Positions 36,282 to 47,874 of a stretch of DNA of 64,000 nt are shown here, piece by piece. The DNA is taken from assembly GCA_017620255.1 (NCBI GenBank), contig JAFZQU010000036.1:30009-94008 (forward strand). Reading direction: 5' to 3'. A program made the translations under genes and the position numbers. Under the pieces are notes generated by a model that was not told the origin of the DNA, searched no databases, and was given only the letters and a program-made list of their open reading frames with translations. Origin of the DNA: Lachnospiraceae bacterium. Lineage in GTDB: Bacteria > Bacillota > Clostridia > Lachnospirales > Lachnospiraceae. How positions within the stretch are numbered: position 1 is the stretch's first letter; each line of letters starts with the position of its first letter.

Positions 36282-37334
36282 ATGAAAACGGACTATTACA
36301 GTTTGGATGAAAATCATATTGACCCTGCCGTGATCGAAAAAGCCGGAGAAGTGATCCGGCGCGGCGGTCTGGTGGCTTTTCCGACGGAGACTGTCTACGG
36401 CCTTGGCGGAGATGCCTTAAACCATACGGCATCAGGCAGGATCTACGCCGCGAAGGGACGCCCTTCCGACAATCCGCTGATCGTGCATATCGCCGATACG
36501 GAGGCGCTTAACAGGATCGCTGTCGGGATCAGCCCTGCGGCTCTGAAACTGGCAAAGCGTTTCTGGCCCGGGCCGCTCACGATGATCTTTCAAAAGGCAG
36601 ACTGTGTCCCGAAGGAGACGACGGGCGGACTTGATACGGTTGCGATCCGCATGCCCGCAAACCCCATTGCCCTGGCACTGATCCGGGCATCCGGCGGTTA
36701 TATCGCGGCGCCGAGTGCAAACCTGTCCGGACGGCCGAGCCCGACAAGCGGCAGGCACGTGATGCAGGACATGGACGGACGCATTGACATGGTGTTGGAC
36801 GGTGGCGAAGCAAAGATCGGGCTTGAATCCACCATCGTGGATCTGACGGAAGAGGTGCCGACGATCTTAAGGCCCGGCTACATTTCCCTAGCGATGATCG
36901 AAGAGACGATCGGCAGGACCGTTTATGACCCTGCGATCTTAAAAGATACACAGACCGGGACCGCGCCGAAAGCGCCCGGGATGAAATATAAGCATTATGC
37001 GCCCAAAGGCGAACTGATCATTGTGAACGGTGAGCGGGAAGCGGTTGTCTCTTATATCCGGGAACAGATCGCGACGGCAAAGGAAGGCAGCAGGATCGGT
37101 GTGATCGCGACAGAAGAGACCTGCCGGCTCTATGCGGCGGACTTTGTGGAAAACATCGGCTCTGCCAAAGACGAGGAAGAAGTCGCGAGAAACCTGTACC
37201 GGGTCCTGCGTGATTTTGACGACAGGCAGGTCACCCTGATCTATTCGGAAGCATTTTACGGAGGCGGCATTTCGGTGGCGATCATGAACCGGCTGATCAA
37301 AGCCGCAGGACATAAAATCATAGAGGTATCGTAA
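36282..37334 (+). CDS. tsaC: L-threonylcarbamoyladenylate synthase (long Sua5/YwlC form)
   Basis: VAFPTETVYGLGGDA and PLIVH blocks plus a C-terminal Sua5 domain. Confidence 0.9.
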   Translation: MKTDYYSLDENHIDPAVIEKAGEVIRRGGLVAFPTETVYGLGGDALNHTASGRIYAAKGRPSDNPLIVHIADTEALNRIAVGISPAALKLAKRFWPGPLTMIFQKADCVPKETTGGLDTVAIRMPANPIALALIRASGGYIAAPSANLSGRPSPTSGRHVMQDMDGRIDMVLDGGEAKIGLESTIVDLTEEVPTILRPGYISLAMIEETIGRTVYDPAILKDTQTGTAPKAPGMKYKHYAPKGELIIVNGEREAVVSYIREQIATAKEGSRIGVIATEETCRLYAADFVENIGSAKDEEEVARNLYRVLRDFDDRQVTLIYSEAFYGGGISVAIMNRLIKAAGHKIIEVS

Positions 37335-37766
37335 ATGAAAGTTGCAATCGGAAGCGATCACGGCGGATTCGACATGAAGGAGGCCGTTATCGCGCACTTA
37401 AAGGAAAAAGGTTATGAAGTAACGGACGTCGGATGTTATGACCGTCAGTCCTGCGACTATCCGCCCTACGGCAGGGCAGTCGCGCATGCGGTCGCGGACG
37501 GAAAGGCAGACAAAGGGATCGTGATCTGCACGACGGGGATCGGTATCTCCATCACCGCGAACAAAGTAAAGGGGATCCGTGCGGGTCTCTGCCATGATAC
37601 CACATCCGCCTATCTGACCAGAGCCCACAACGACGCCAATGTTCTTGCCATGGGAGCCGGACTGATCGGGATCTATGTGGCGCTCGATATCGTGGATACG
37701 TTTCTGGAAACGGAATTTTCGGGCCTCGAAAAACATGCACGCCGTGTCGCGGCGATCGAAGAATAA
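37335..37766 (+). CDS. rpiB: ribose-5-phosphate isomerase B
   Basis: MKVAIGSDHGGFDMKEAV and ICTTGIGISITANK blocks. Confidence 0.9.
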   Translation: MKVAIGSDHGGFDMKEAVIAHLKEKGYEVTDVGCYDRQSCDYPPYGRAVAHAVADGKADKGIVICTTGIGISITANKVKGIRAGLCHDTTSAYLTRAHNDANVLAMGAGLIGIYVALDIVDTFLETEFSGLEKHARRVAAIEE

Positions 37767-37796
37767 AAATCACGCAAAAACTGGAGGGAATGAGGT

Positions 37797-38426
37797 ATGA
37801 GCAAGGTTGTCATCATGGATCACCCGCTGATCCAGCACAAGATCGGTTACATCAGAAGGATCGATACCGGTACGAAGGATTTCAGACAGACGGTTTCCGA
37901 GATCGCGATGCTGATCTGTTATGAAGCAACGCGGGATCTGCAGCTGAAGGATGTCAAGATCGAAACACCGATCTGTGAAACAACGGTCAAAGCCTTAAAG
38001 GGCAGAAAACTTGCGATCGTTCCCATCCTGCGCGCGGGCCTTGGCATGGTGGACGGGATGCTGACACTGATCCCGACCGCAAAGGTAGGCCATATCGGAC
38101 TGTACAGGGATCCCGAAACGCATAAACCGGTCGAATACTATTGCAAACTGCCTGCAGACAGTGCAGAGCGGGAAGTGTTCGTGGTAGATCCGATGCTGGC
38201 AACGGGCGGATCCGCAGTGTCTGCGATCCAGATGCTGAAGGACAAGGGCTGCAAGAAGATCCATTTCCTGTGCATCATTGCCGCACCGGAAGGACTTTCC
38301 ATCCTGAAGGAAGCACATCCGGACGTGGACATCTATGTCGGTGCCCTGGATGAGAAACTGAACGAGAACGCATACATCGTACCGGGACTCGGAGATGCGG
38401 GCGACCGGATCTTCGGAACCAAGTAA
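37797..38426 (+). CDS. upp: uracil phosphoribosyltransferase
   Basis: [13 protein letters not shown] and the PRPP-binding block [13 protein letters not shown]. Confidence 0.95.
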   Translation: MSKVVIMDHPLIQHKIGYIRRIDTGTKDFRQTVSEIAMLICYEATRDLQLKDVKIETPICETTVKALKGRKLAIVPILRAGLGMVDGMLTLIPTAKVGHIGLYRDPETHKPVEYYCKLPADSAEREVFVVDPMLATGGSAVSAIQMLKDKGCKKIHFLCIIAAPEGLSILKEAHPDVDIYVGALDEKLNENAYIVPGLGDAGDRIFGTK

Positions 38427-38443
38427 AAGGATAAAGGAAAAAG

Positions 38444-38929
38444 ATGAGCGATAAGAGAAGCGATTATATATCCTGGGATGAATACTTCATGGGCGTTGCC
38501 ATGCTCTCCGGCATGCGGTCGAAAGACCCGAATACACAGGTCGGCGCATGCATCGTGAGCGAGGACAACAAGATCCTGTCCATGGGATACAACGGGTTTC
38601 CCAAGGGATGTTCGGATGACGAATTTCCCTGGTGCAGAGAGGGAAATCCCTATGACAATAAGTATTTCTACGTTACACACAGTGAACTGAACGCGATCTT
38701 AAACTACAGAGGCGGCAGTCTGGAGGGCGCAAAGATCTATGTGTCCCTCTTCCCCTGCAATGAATGCGCCAAGGCTATCATTCAGGCCGGGATCAGGACG
38801 GTCGTCTATTCCAGTGACAAGTATGCGGATTCCGATTCCACGAGAGCGTCCAAGCGGATGCTGGATGCGGCAGGCGTGCGGTACTACCAGTACTCCCACA
38901 CCAACCGGAAGATCGAACTGGAACTGTAA
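38444..38929 (+). CDS. comEB: dCMP deaminase (ComEB family)
   Basis: Zinc-binding motifs HSELNAI and PCNECAKAI. Confidence 0.9.
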   Translation: MSDKRSDYISWDEYFMGVAMLSGMRSKDPNTQVGACIVSEDNKILSMGYNGFPKGCSDDEFPWCREGNPYDNKYFYVTHSELNAILNYRGGSLEGAKIYVSLFPCNECAKAIIQAGIRTVVYSSDKYADSDSTRASKRMLDAAGVRYYQYSHTNRKIELEL

Positions 38930-38938
38930 CCGGAGAAT

Positions 38939-40099
38939 ATGAAAAAGGGTACCCTGTTTCACAAATGCATAGCATGTACAATGGTGACTGCGCTTCTGGC
39001 GCAGCCCTTTTCATACCCGGTATTTGCCGAAACGACCTCGGAAAAGATCAAAAAAGCCGAGGAATTAAAGAAGCAGACTGAGGCACAGAAAGAACAGGTC
39101 GAGCAGAAGCGGGATGCGCTGGAGGATGAGAAGGACCAGCTGCAGGTCTATCTGAGCCAGCTGAACGCGGATCTCGAAGAGATCAGTGAGAATCTGGAAG
39201 ATCTGGAAAAACAGGTGTCTGAAAAAGAGGCGCAGATCGAGGGGACGCTTGCGGACCTCGAAAACGCCAGATCGGAAGAACGGAACCAGTACGCACTGAT
39301 GAAAAAGCGCGTGAAATATATCTATGAAAAGGGCGAATCCAGCCTGTTGGAAGCCTTTTTGACCGCCTCGAGTTATTCGGATTTTCTGAACAAGGCGGAA
39401 TATGTTTCCAAGGTAGAGGAATATGATCAGAGGATGTTCGAGAACCTGGTAGCGATGCGCAGGGATATCGAGGACCGTGAGGCGAAGCTGGAAGCGGAAC
39501 GCAAGGAACTGATCACGCTGCAGGAGCAGGCCGAAACGGAACAGAACAAGGTCAATGACATGGTCAATTCCACCTCCGGATCGCTTGCCGCAACGAACGG
39601 TGCGATCTCTGCGGCCGCACTGGAAGAGGCAGCCTACGAAGCGGAACTGAAAGCGCAGGAGGCCAATCTGGCAGCCCTGAAGAAACAGCTCGCCGAAGAG
39701 CAGGCCATGAGCGCGCGCGCCGCCAAGATGGCATGGCGTGATATTTCCGAGATCACATTCGAAGAAGGTGACCGCGAACTGCTGGCATGCCTCATCTACT
39801 GCGAGGCAGGTGCGGAACCCTATGAAGGACAGGTTGCGGTCGGCGCGGTCGTGATCAACCGCATGCGAAGCGCGGCCTATCCGAATACCATGGTCGGCGT
39901 GATCTATCAGAACAGACAGTTTTCACCCGTGGCTAGCGGCAGGCTGGCGACCAGGCTTGCGCTTGGCGCCAATTCTTCCTGCTACTCGGCGGCGGATGAA
40001 GCCATGAAAGGATCGACCCCCGTCGGAAACTGCCTGTATTTCAGGACAGTGATCCCGGAGATCAACGGACAGATCATCGGCGGACACGTATTCTACTGA
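38939..40099 (+). CDS. cell wall hydrolase (SleB/Hydrolase_2 C-domain) with signal peptide and long coiled coil
   Basis: N-terminal signal, about 220 aa of heptad-rich E/K/Q/L sequence, and a C-terminal block LLACLIYCEAGAEPYEGQVAVGAVVINR..VIYQNRQFSPV. Confidence 0.8.
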   Translation: MKKGTLFHKCIACTMVTALLAQPFSYPVFAETTSEKIKKAEELKKQTEAQKEQVEQKRDALEDEKDQLQVYLSQLNADLEEISENLEDLEKQVSEKEAQIEGTLADLENARSEERNQYALMKKRVKYIYEKGESSLLEAFLTASSYSDFLNKAEYVSKVEEYDQRMFENLVAMRRDIEDREAKLEAERKELITLQEQAETEQNKVNDMVNSTSGSLAATNGAISAAALEEAAYEAELKAQEANLAALKKQLAEEQAMSARAAKMAWRDISEITFEEGDRELLACLIYCEAGAEPYEGQVAVGAVVINRMRSAAYPNTMVGVIYQNRQFSPVASGRLATRLALGANSSCYSAADEAMKGSTPVGNCLYFRTVIPEINGQIIGGHVFY

Positions 40100-40581
40100 T
40101 CCGTTTCTTCAAATTTCTCGAGATTGATCTTGATGGAATCAAATTCGTTGCGATAGATGAGAGATAACAGCTTATTCAGCTTATAGAGCGCGTCTTCCGC
40201 CTGTTCTGCCGTTATGGCACCGGAAGCGAGCGCATCGGCGATCTCGTCGAGATCTACGACTTTGACGCGGCCGTCCGGAAAGAGAATGACGTCCGCAAGC
40301 AGATCGGTAAAGATGTAAGTATCCGTTTCTTCGTTATAGGTGTGGCTTATGATGTCGCAGTACCAATAGAGCAGTGTGTTGTCGGCATAGTAGAACTTGC
40401 TGATCTTGAACCCGTCCTTCAGGAAATAGCAGGAAAAGCCGTGATGCAGGTCTTTTTTCGGTTTCAGCGCTTTCCATTTTGTGACGATCATGTCGGAATC
40501 CTGATAGAGGATCTCGTCATCTTTCAGCAGGATGCATTCCGCGGGAATGATCCGCTTGCGATACAACTGCGTCTGACTCAT
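40093..40581 (-). CDS. DUF402 family protein (nucleoside di/triphosphatase-like)
   Basis: ORF 40093..40593. The ATG at 40581 follows GGGAGG. The family call rests on overall similarity from memory (YWYCDI.., DLLADV.., VVDLDE blocks). Confidence 0.6.
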   Translation of the reverse strand: MSQTQLYRKRIIPAECILLKDDEILYQDSDMIVTKWKALKPKKDLHHGFSCYFLKDGFKISKFYYADNTLLYWYCDIISHTYNEETDTYIFTDLLADVILFPDGRVKVVDLDEIADALASGAITAEQAEDALYKLNKLLSLIYRNEFDSIKINLEKFEETDQ

Positions 40582-40643
40582 AAAGCCTCCCAAACGTCTT
40601 TTATCTAGAATACTACATATAACTAGACCTTTTCAATAAAAAA

Positions 40644-40652
40644 TGATATAAT
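40644..40652 (+). promoter_or_regulatory. extended -10 element upstream of the atp operon
   Basis: TGATATAAT (TGnTATAAT) in an AT-rich spacer 36 nt upstream of the first atp ORF. Confidence 0.4.
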
Positions 40653-40687
40653 TTCGATAATTACAGCAAGCAAAGGGGCAAGAAGGA

Positions 40688-40981
40688 TTGAAATATGAAA
40701 AGAGCGTATTAAGATCTCTGACCACGATCACGCAGTTCGGGATCTACATGCTTGTCCCGATCCTGTTATGTACGTTCCTCGGTATTTTTCTGGACAGATT
40801 GTTTTCCACATCCTTTCTGGTGATCGTCCTTTTTTTTATCGGAGCGCTTGCCGGATTTACCAACATATTCCGCTTGGCGAAGCGGATCTATTCCGGGTCG
40901 GATGAGAAACACATCAATTACTATGAAACGGAAGGGACGATAGATAAGAGCGATGATCAGGAAGACGCTGGCGGAAAATAA
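40688..40981 (+). CDS. atpZ: AtpZ/AtpI-family small membrane protein
   Basis: TTG start. Two TM helices (FGIYMLVPILLCTFLGIFLDR, VIVLFFIGALAGF) typical of the ATPase_gene1 family. First gene of the atp cluster. Confidence 0.65.
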   Translation: MKYEKSVLRSLTTITQFGIYMLVPILLCTFLGIFLDRLFSTSFLVIVLFFIGALAGFTNIFRLAKRIYSGSDEKHINYYETEGTIDKSDDQEDAGGK

Positions 40982-41393
40982 AACACTCCTGGAAATGATC
41001 CCGGGAATGATAGTATACGGCGTACTGATCCAGATATTGCTTGCGGTTTTCTTTCCGTTGCGGCTCTACCGCGCAGCGGGACTGTGGCTTGGAATCCTCT
41101 GCGGGTTTGCCATGGCGGTCCATATGGCGGTCTGCCTTGAGAAAACCGTTCTGCTCGATGAAAAGAGCGCAAATGCATATGCAAAACGGACAACGCTCAT
41201 CCGGTATGCGTGCGTATGTCTTGTCATGTTTGCGGTTGCCTTTTCGGGTCTCGCAGATCCGGTGGCATTCGTGTTCGGAACGCTGGGGCTCAAGATCGGC
41301 GCGTATCTGCAGCCGGTTTCACACAGGCTCTTTGAGAAGTTCCGGGATATAAGGGAAATCGATAAAAACAGCAAGGAAGGTGAACAGAATTGA
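40953..41393 (+). CDS. atpI: ATP synthase subunit I
   Basis: Hydrophobic 146-aa protein directly upstream of atpB. The start overlaps the atpZ end. Confidence 0.6.
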   Translation: MIRKTLAENKTLLEMIPGMIVYGVLIQILLAVFFPLRLYRAAGLWLGILCGFAMAVHMAVCLEKTVLLDEKSANAYAKRTTLIRYACVCLVMFAVAFSGLADPVAFVFGTLGLKIGAYLQPVSHRLFEKFRDIREIDKNSKEGEQN

Positions 41394-42112
41394 TTCCTGC
41401 AATGATTTTTGCCGGCGATATTGATTTCATGATCAAAGGGTTGTTTTCCTACCATCTTTTCGGTCAGGAAGTCTGGATCACGACGACACACGTCTGTACG
41501 CTGATCGTCATGCTGATCCTGGTGATCTTTGCCATCTGTGCCAACCGCACCATCAGAAAAGCGGAAGTGATGGATACGCCGGGAACCTTTCAGAACATTG
41601 CCGAACTGATCGTCGAGATGCTGGACAACATGGTCAGCAACGTAATGGGCAAAAACGCGATCAAGTTCGCGAACTACATATCTACGATCTTTTTATTCAT
41701 TCTGCTCAGCAATATTTCGGGCCTGCTCGGGTTGAGGCCGCCGACAGCGGACTACGGCGTCACGTTCCCGATGGGTGTCATCACCTTCTGCCTGATCTTC
41801 TTCAATAAACTGAAACATCAGAAACTCAGCGGATTTATCAAGGGACTGTGCGATCCGTGGCCGATCTGGGCACCGATCAATATCATCGGTGACGTGGCGG
41901 TTCCCATTTCGCTCTCCCTGCGTCTTTTTGCAAACGTACTGTCGGGAACGGTCATGATGGCCCTGTATTACGGGCTGCTTCCGATCTTCGTCAAGATCGG
42001 TATCCCGTCGGCGCTGCATGTTTACTTTGACCTGTTTTCCGGTGCGATCCAGACCTATGTTTTCTGTATGCTGACGATGACATATATCACGGACGCCATC
42101 GGAGACAAATAA
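41390..42112 (+). CDS. atpB: F0F1 ATP synthase subunit a
   Basis: Conserved stator Arg block ISLSLRLFANVLSG. Multi-TM protein. TTG start overlaps the atpI stop. Confidence 0.9.
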   Translation: MIPAMIFAGDIDFMIKGLFSYHLFGQEVWITTTHVCTLIVMLILVIFAICANRTIRKAEVMDTPGTFQNIAELIVEMLDNMVSNVMGKNAIKFANYISTIFLFILLSNISGLLGLRPPTADYGVTFPMGVITFCLIFFNKLKHQKLSGFIKGLCDPWPIWAPINIIGDVAVPISLSLRLFANVLSGTVMMALYYGLLPIFVKIGIPSALHVYFDLFSGAIQTYVFCMLTMTYITDAIGDK

Positions 42113-42159
42113 AACAGTATAATCATGGCTTAGCCCTGAATATAGAACACTCATTTTAA

Positions 42160-42435
<276 letters not shown>

Positions 42436-42473
42436 AGCAGGGTGATACTCTGTGAAGGAAGGAGGCTTTAGAA

Positions 42474-43034
42474 TTGGGACAGATGATTAGTTTCGCATTT
42501 CTTGCGTCTGATCAGACCATGGAGAGACTGTTCGATCTGGATGTGCAATTGCTTCACGATGCGATCCTGACGGCGCTCGCGCTGTTCATCCTGTTTCTCG
42601 TCATGTCGTATCTTCTGTTCAATCCTGTCAGGGATATGCTGAAGAAGAGACAGGAGAAGATCCGCACGGATATCGAGACGGCGGATCAGGACAAGCAGGA
42701 TGCGGCGGCACTGAAGGAAGAATACGACGCCAAGCTCAAGCAGGCGGATGCCGAGGTGGACGAGATCCTTTCGGAAGCCAGAAAAAAAGCAGTTGCCAAT
42801 GAAGCACAGATCGTGGCCGAGGCCAAGGAAGAGGCGGCCCGCATCATCAAGCAGGCCAGAAGCGAAGCGGAACTCGAGAAACAGCGTGCTGCGGACGAGA
42901 TGAAGCAGGAGATGATCAAGATCGCGTCCATGATGGCGGGCAAGGTTGTCAGCGCTTCGATCGATACAACGGTCCAGGATCAGCTGGTTGAGGAAACGCT
43001 GAATGAAATAGGTGGAGAAGTATGGCAAAGTTAG
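42474..43034 (+). CDS. atpF: F0F1 ATP synthase subunit b
   Basis: Single N-terminal TM helix, then a long charged A/E/K coiled coil. The exact start is uncertain. Confidence 0.85.
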   Translation: MGQMISFAFLASDQTMERLFDLDVQLLHDAILTALALFILFLVMSYLLFNPVRDMLKKRQEKIRTDIETADQDKQDAAALKEEYDAKLKQADAEVDEILSEARKKAVANEAQIVAEAKEEAARIIKQARSEAELEKQRAADEMKQEMIKIASMMAGKVVSASIDTTVQDQLVEETLNEIGGEVWQS

Positions 43035-43594
43035 CATCCAAAACATACGGTGACGCCTTATTTGAACTGGCGCAGGAAGAGAATAAAATAGATGATCTGT
43101 ACGCACAGGTACAGGTATTGCAGACTGTGCTGAAAGATAATCCGGATTTTTCCAGACTGATGAATCATCCGAAGATCGTCAAGGAAGAAAAGGAAGCGGT
43201 CATGGAAGCAGTATTAAAGGGCCGTGTCAGCGATGAGATGGCCGGATTTTTCCATATCATCGTTACCAATAACCGGTATCCGGAGATCTTCGATATCCTG
43301 GATTATTTTACGAAACAGGTCAAGGAATACAAACGGATCGGAACAGCGTATGTATCGACACCGCTTCCGCTCAGCGATGCGCAGAAGCAGGCTGTCGAGA
43401 AGAAACTGTTAGACACGACCGATTATGATTCCATGGAAATGAATTATGATGTTAATCCGTCCCTGATCGGCGGGATGATCATCCGGATCGGCGATAAAGT
43501 CGTTGATTCCAGCGTGAGATCCAAGCTCGACGAGCTGACGAAAGATCTGAAGAAGATCCAGCTCGCAAGATATGAGGCGGGAACACAAATTTAG
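43022..43594 (+). CDS. atpH: F0F1 ATP synthase subunit delta
   Basis: OSCP-like sequence (YGDALFELA.., IGGMIIRIGDKVVDSS) positioned between atpF and atpA. Confidence 0.9.
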   Translation: MAKLASKTYGDALFELAQEENKIDDLYAQVQVLQTVLKDNPDFSRLMNHPKIVKEEKEAVMEAVLKGRVSDEMAGFFHIIVTNNRYPEIFDILDYFTKQVKEYKRIGTAYVSTPLPLSDAQKQAVEKKLLDTTDYDSMEMNYDVNPSLIGGMIIRIGDKVVDSSVRSKLDELTKDLKKIQLARYEAGTQI

Positions 43595-45118
<1,524 letters not shown>

Positions 45119-45131
45119 GAGGTGATAGTGT

Positions 45132-46007
45132 ATGGCTTCCATGAGAGACATCAAACGCCGTAAAGTCAGCATCCAGAGCACGCAGCAGATCACCAAGGCG
45201 ATGAAGCTCGTGTCAACGGTCAAGCTGCAGAGAGCCAAACAACGCGCCGAAAGATCGCAGACCTACTTTTTGAGCATGTACCAGACGGTCGTGAATATCC
45301 TGAAACGTTCCGGATATATGGAGCACCCGTATATGAAACCGAACGTTTCCGGCAAAAAAGCGGTGATCGTCATTACTTCCAACCGCGGCCTGGCCGGCGG
45401 ATACAATTCCAATATCGTGAAGCTGATCACGCAACAGGAATGGAAGAAGGAAGAAGTGATCATCTACGCGATCGGTAAAAAGGGACGGGATGCTCTGCGC
45501 CGCAAGGGGTATGAGGTCATCGCCGACGAGTCTGAAATGATCAACGAACCGTTGTACTCGGATGCGATGGAACTGAGCGATCGTCTTCTGCAGGATTTTT
45601 CGGACGGAAAGATCGGAGAGATCTATCTGGCTTATACGCATTTCAGGAATACGGTGAGCCATATTCCGACGATGTTAAAACTTCTGCCGGTCGATATGGA
45701 AGAAGCGGCCGAGAAATCGGAGATAGACTCTGAAGTAGAAGACAAAACACTGATGAACTATGAGCCGGAAGAAGTCGAGGCGCTGAACATGATCATTCCG
45801 AAATATGTGACCAGCATCATTTACGGAGCGCTGGTGGAAGCTGTCGCGAGTGAGAACGGCGCAAGAATGCAGGCCATGGATTCGGCGACCAGCAACGCGG
45901 AAGAAATGATCGGCAGTCTGGAACTGCAGTATAACAGAGCCCGTCAGGGTCATATCACGCAGGAACTGACAGAGATCATCGGCGGAGCCGAGGCTTTAAG
46001 TAATTAA
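45132..46007 (+). CDS. atpG: F0F1 ATP synthase subunit gamma
   Basis: MASMRDIKRRKVSIQSTQQITKAMKLVS start and a C-terminal ITQELTEIIGGAEAL. Confidence 0.95.
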   Translation: MASMRDIKRRKVSIQSTQQITKAMKLVSTVKLQRAKQRAERSQTYFLSMYQTVVNILKRSGYMEHPYMKPNVSGKKAVIVITSNRGLAGGYNSNIVKLITQQEWKKEEVIIYAIGKKGRDALRRKGYEVIADESEMINEPLYSDAMELSDRLLQDFSDGKIGEIYLAYTHFRNTVSHIPTMLKLLPVDMEEAAEKSEIDSEVEDKTLMNYEPEEVEALNMIIPKYVTSIIYGALVEAVASENGARMQAMDSATSNAEEMIGSLELQYNRARQGHITQELTEIIGGAEALSN

Positions 46008-46030
46008 TCACAGATCTATATAAACAGTAG

Positions 46031-47437
<1,407 letters not shown>

Positions 47438-47454
47438 GCTGCGAGGTATGTGAA

Positions 47455-47862
47455 ATGGCAGATAATCTGTTCAAATTGAAGATCATATCGCCGGAACGGA
47501 CCTTCTACGAAGGAGAAGTGACCATGTTCGAGTGCCGTACCACGGAGGGCGAGATCGGGATCTTAAAGAATCATATTCCGCTGACGGCGGTTCTGGCACC
47601 GGGTGTTGCAAGGATCATGGAGCCGGATAAAGAGAACGCGAAAGCAGCGCTGATCAGCGGGTTTATCGAGATACTGCAGGATGAGGTGACGGTGCTTGCG
47701 GAAATTGCGGAGTGGCCGGATGAGATTGACGTGAAACGCGCAGAAGAAGCAAAGATCCGCGCGCAGAGACGCCTGCAGGAAAAAGCGACCGGCACAAATC
47801 TTGCAAGGGCTACCCTGGCACTGCAAAGATCGATCGCGAGGATCGAGGCTGCCAAGAAATAA
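47455..47862 (+). CDS. atpC: F0F1 ATP synthase subunit epsilon
   Basis: Beta-sandwich N-terminus (KLKIISPERTFYEGEV) and a helical C-terminus. Last gene of the atp cluster. Confidence 0.9.
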   Translation: MADNLFKLKIISPERTFYEGEVTMFECRTTEGEIGILKNHIPLTAVLAPGVARIMEPDKENAKAALISGFIEILQDEVTVLAEIAEWPDEIDVKRAEEAKIRAQRRLQEKATGTNLARATLALQRSIARIEAAKK

Positions 47863-47874
47863 GACCGATTCAGA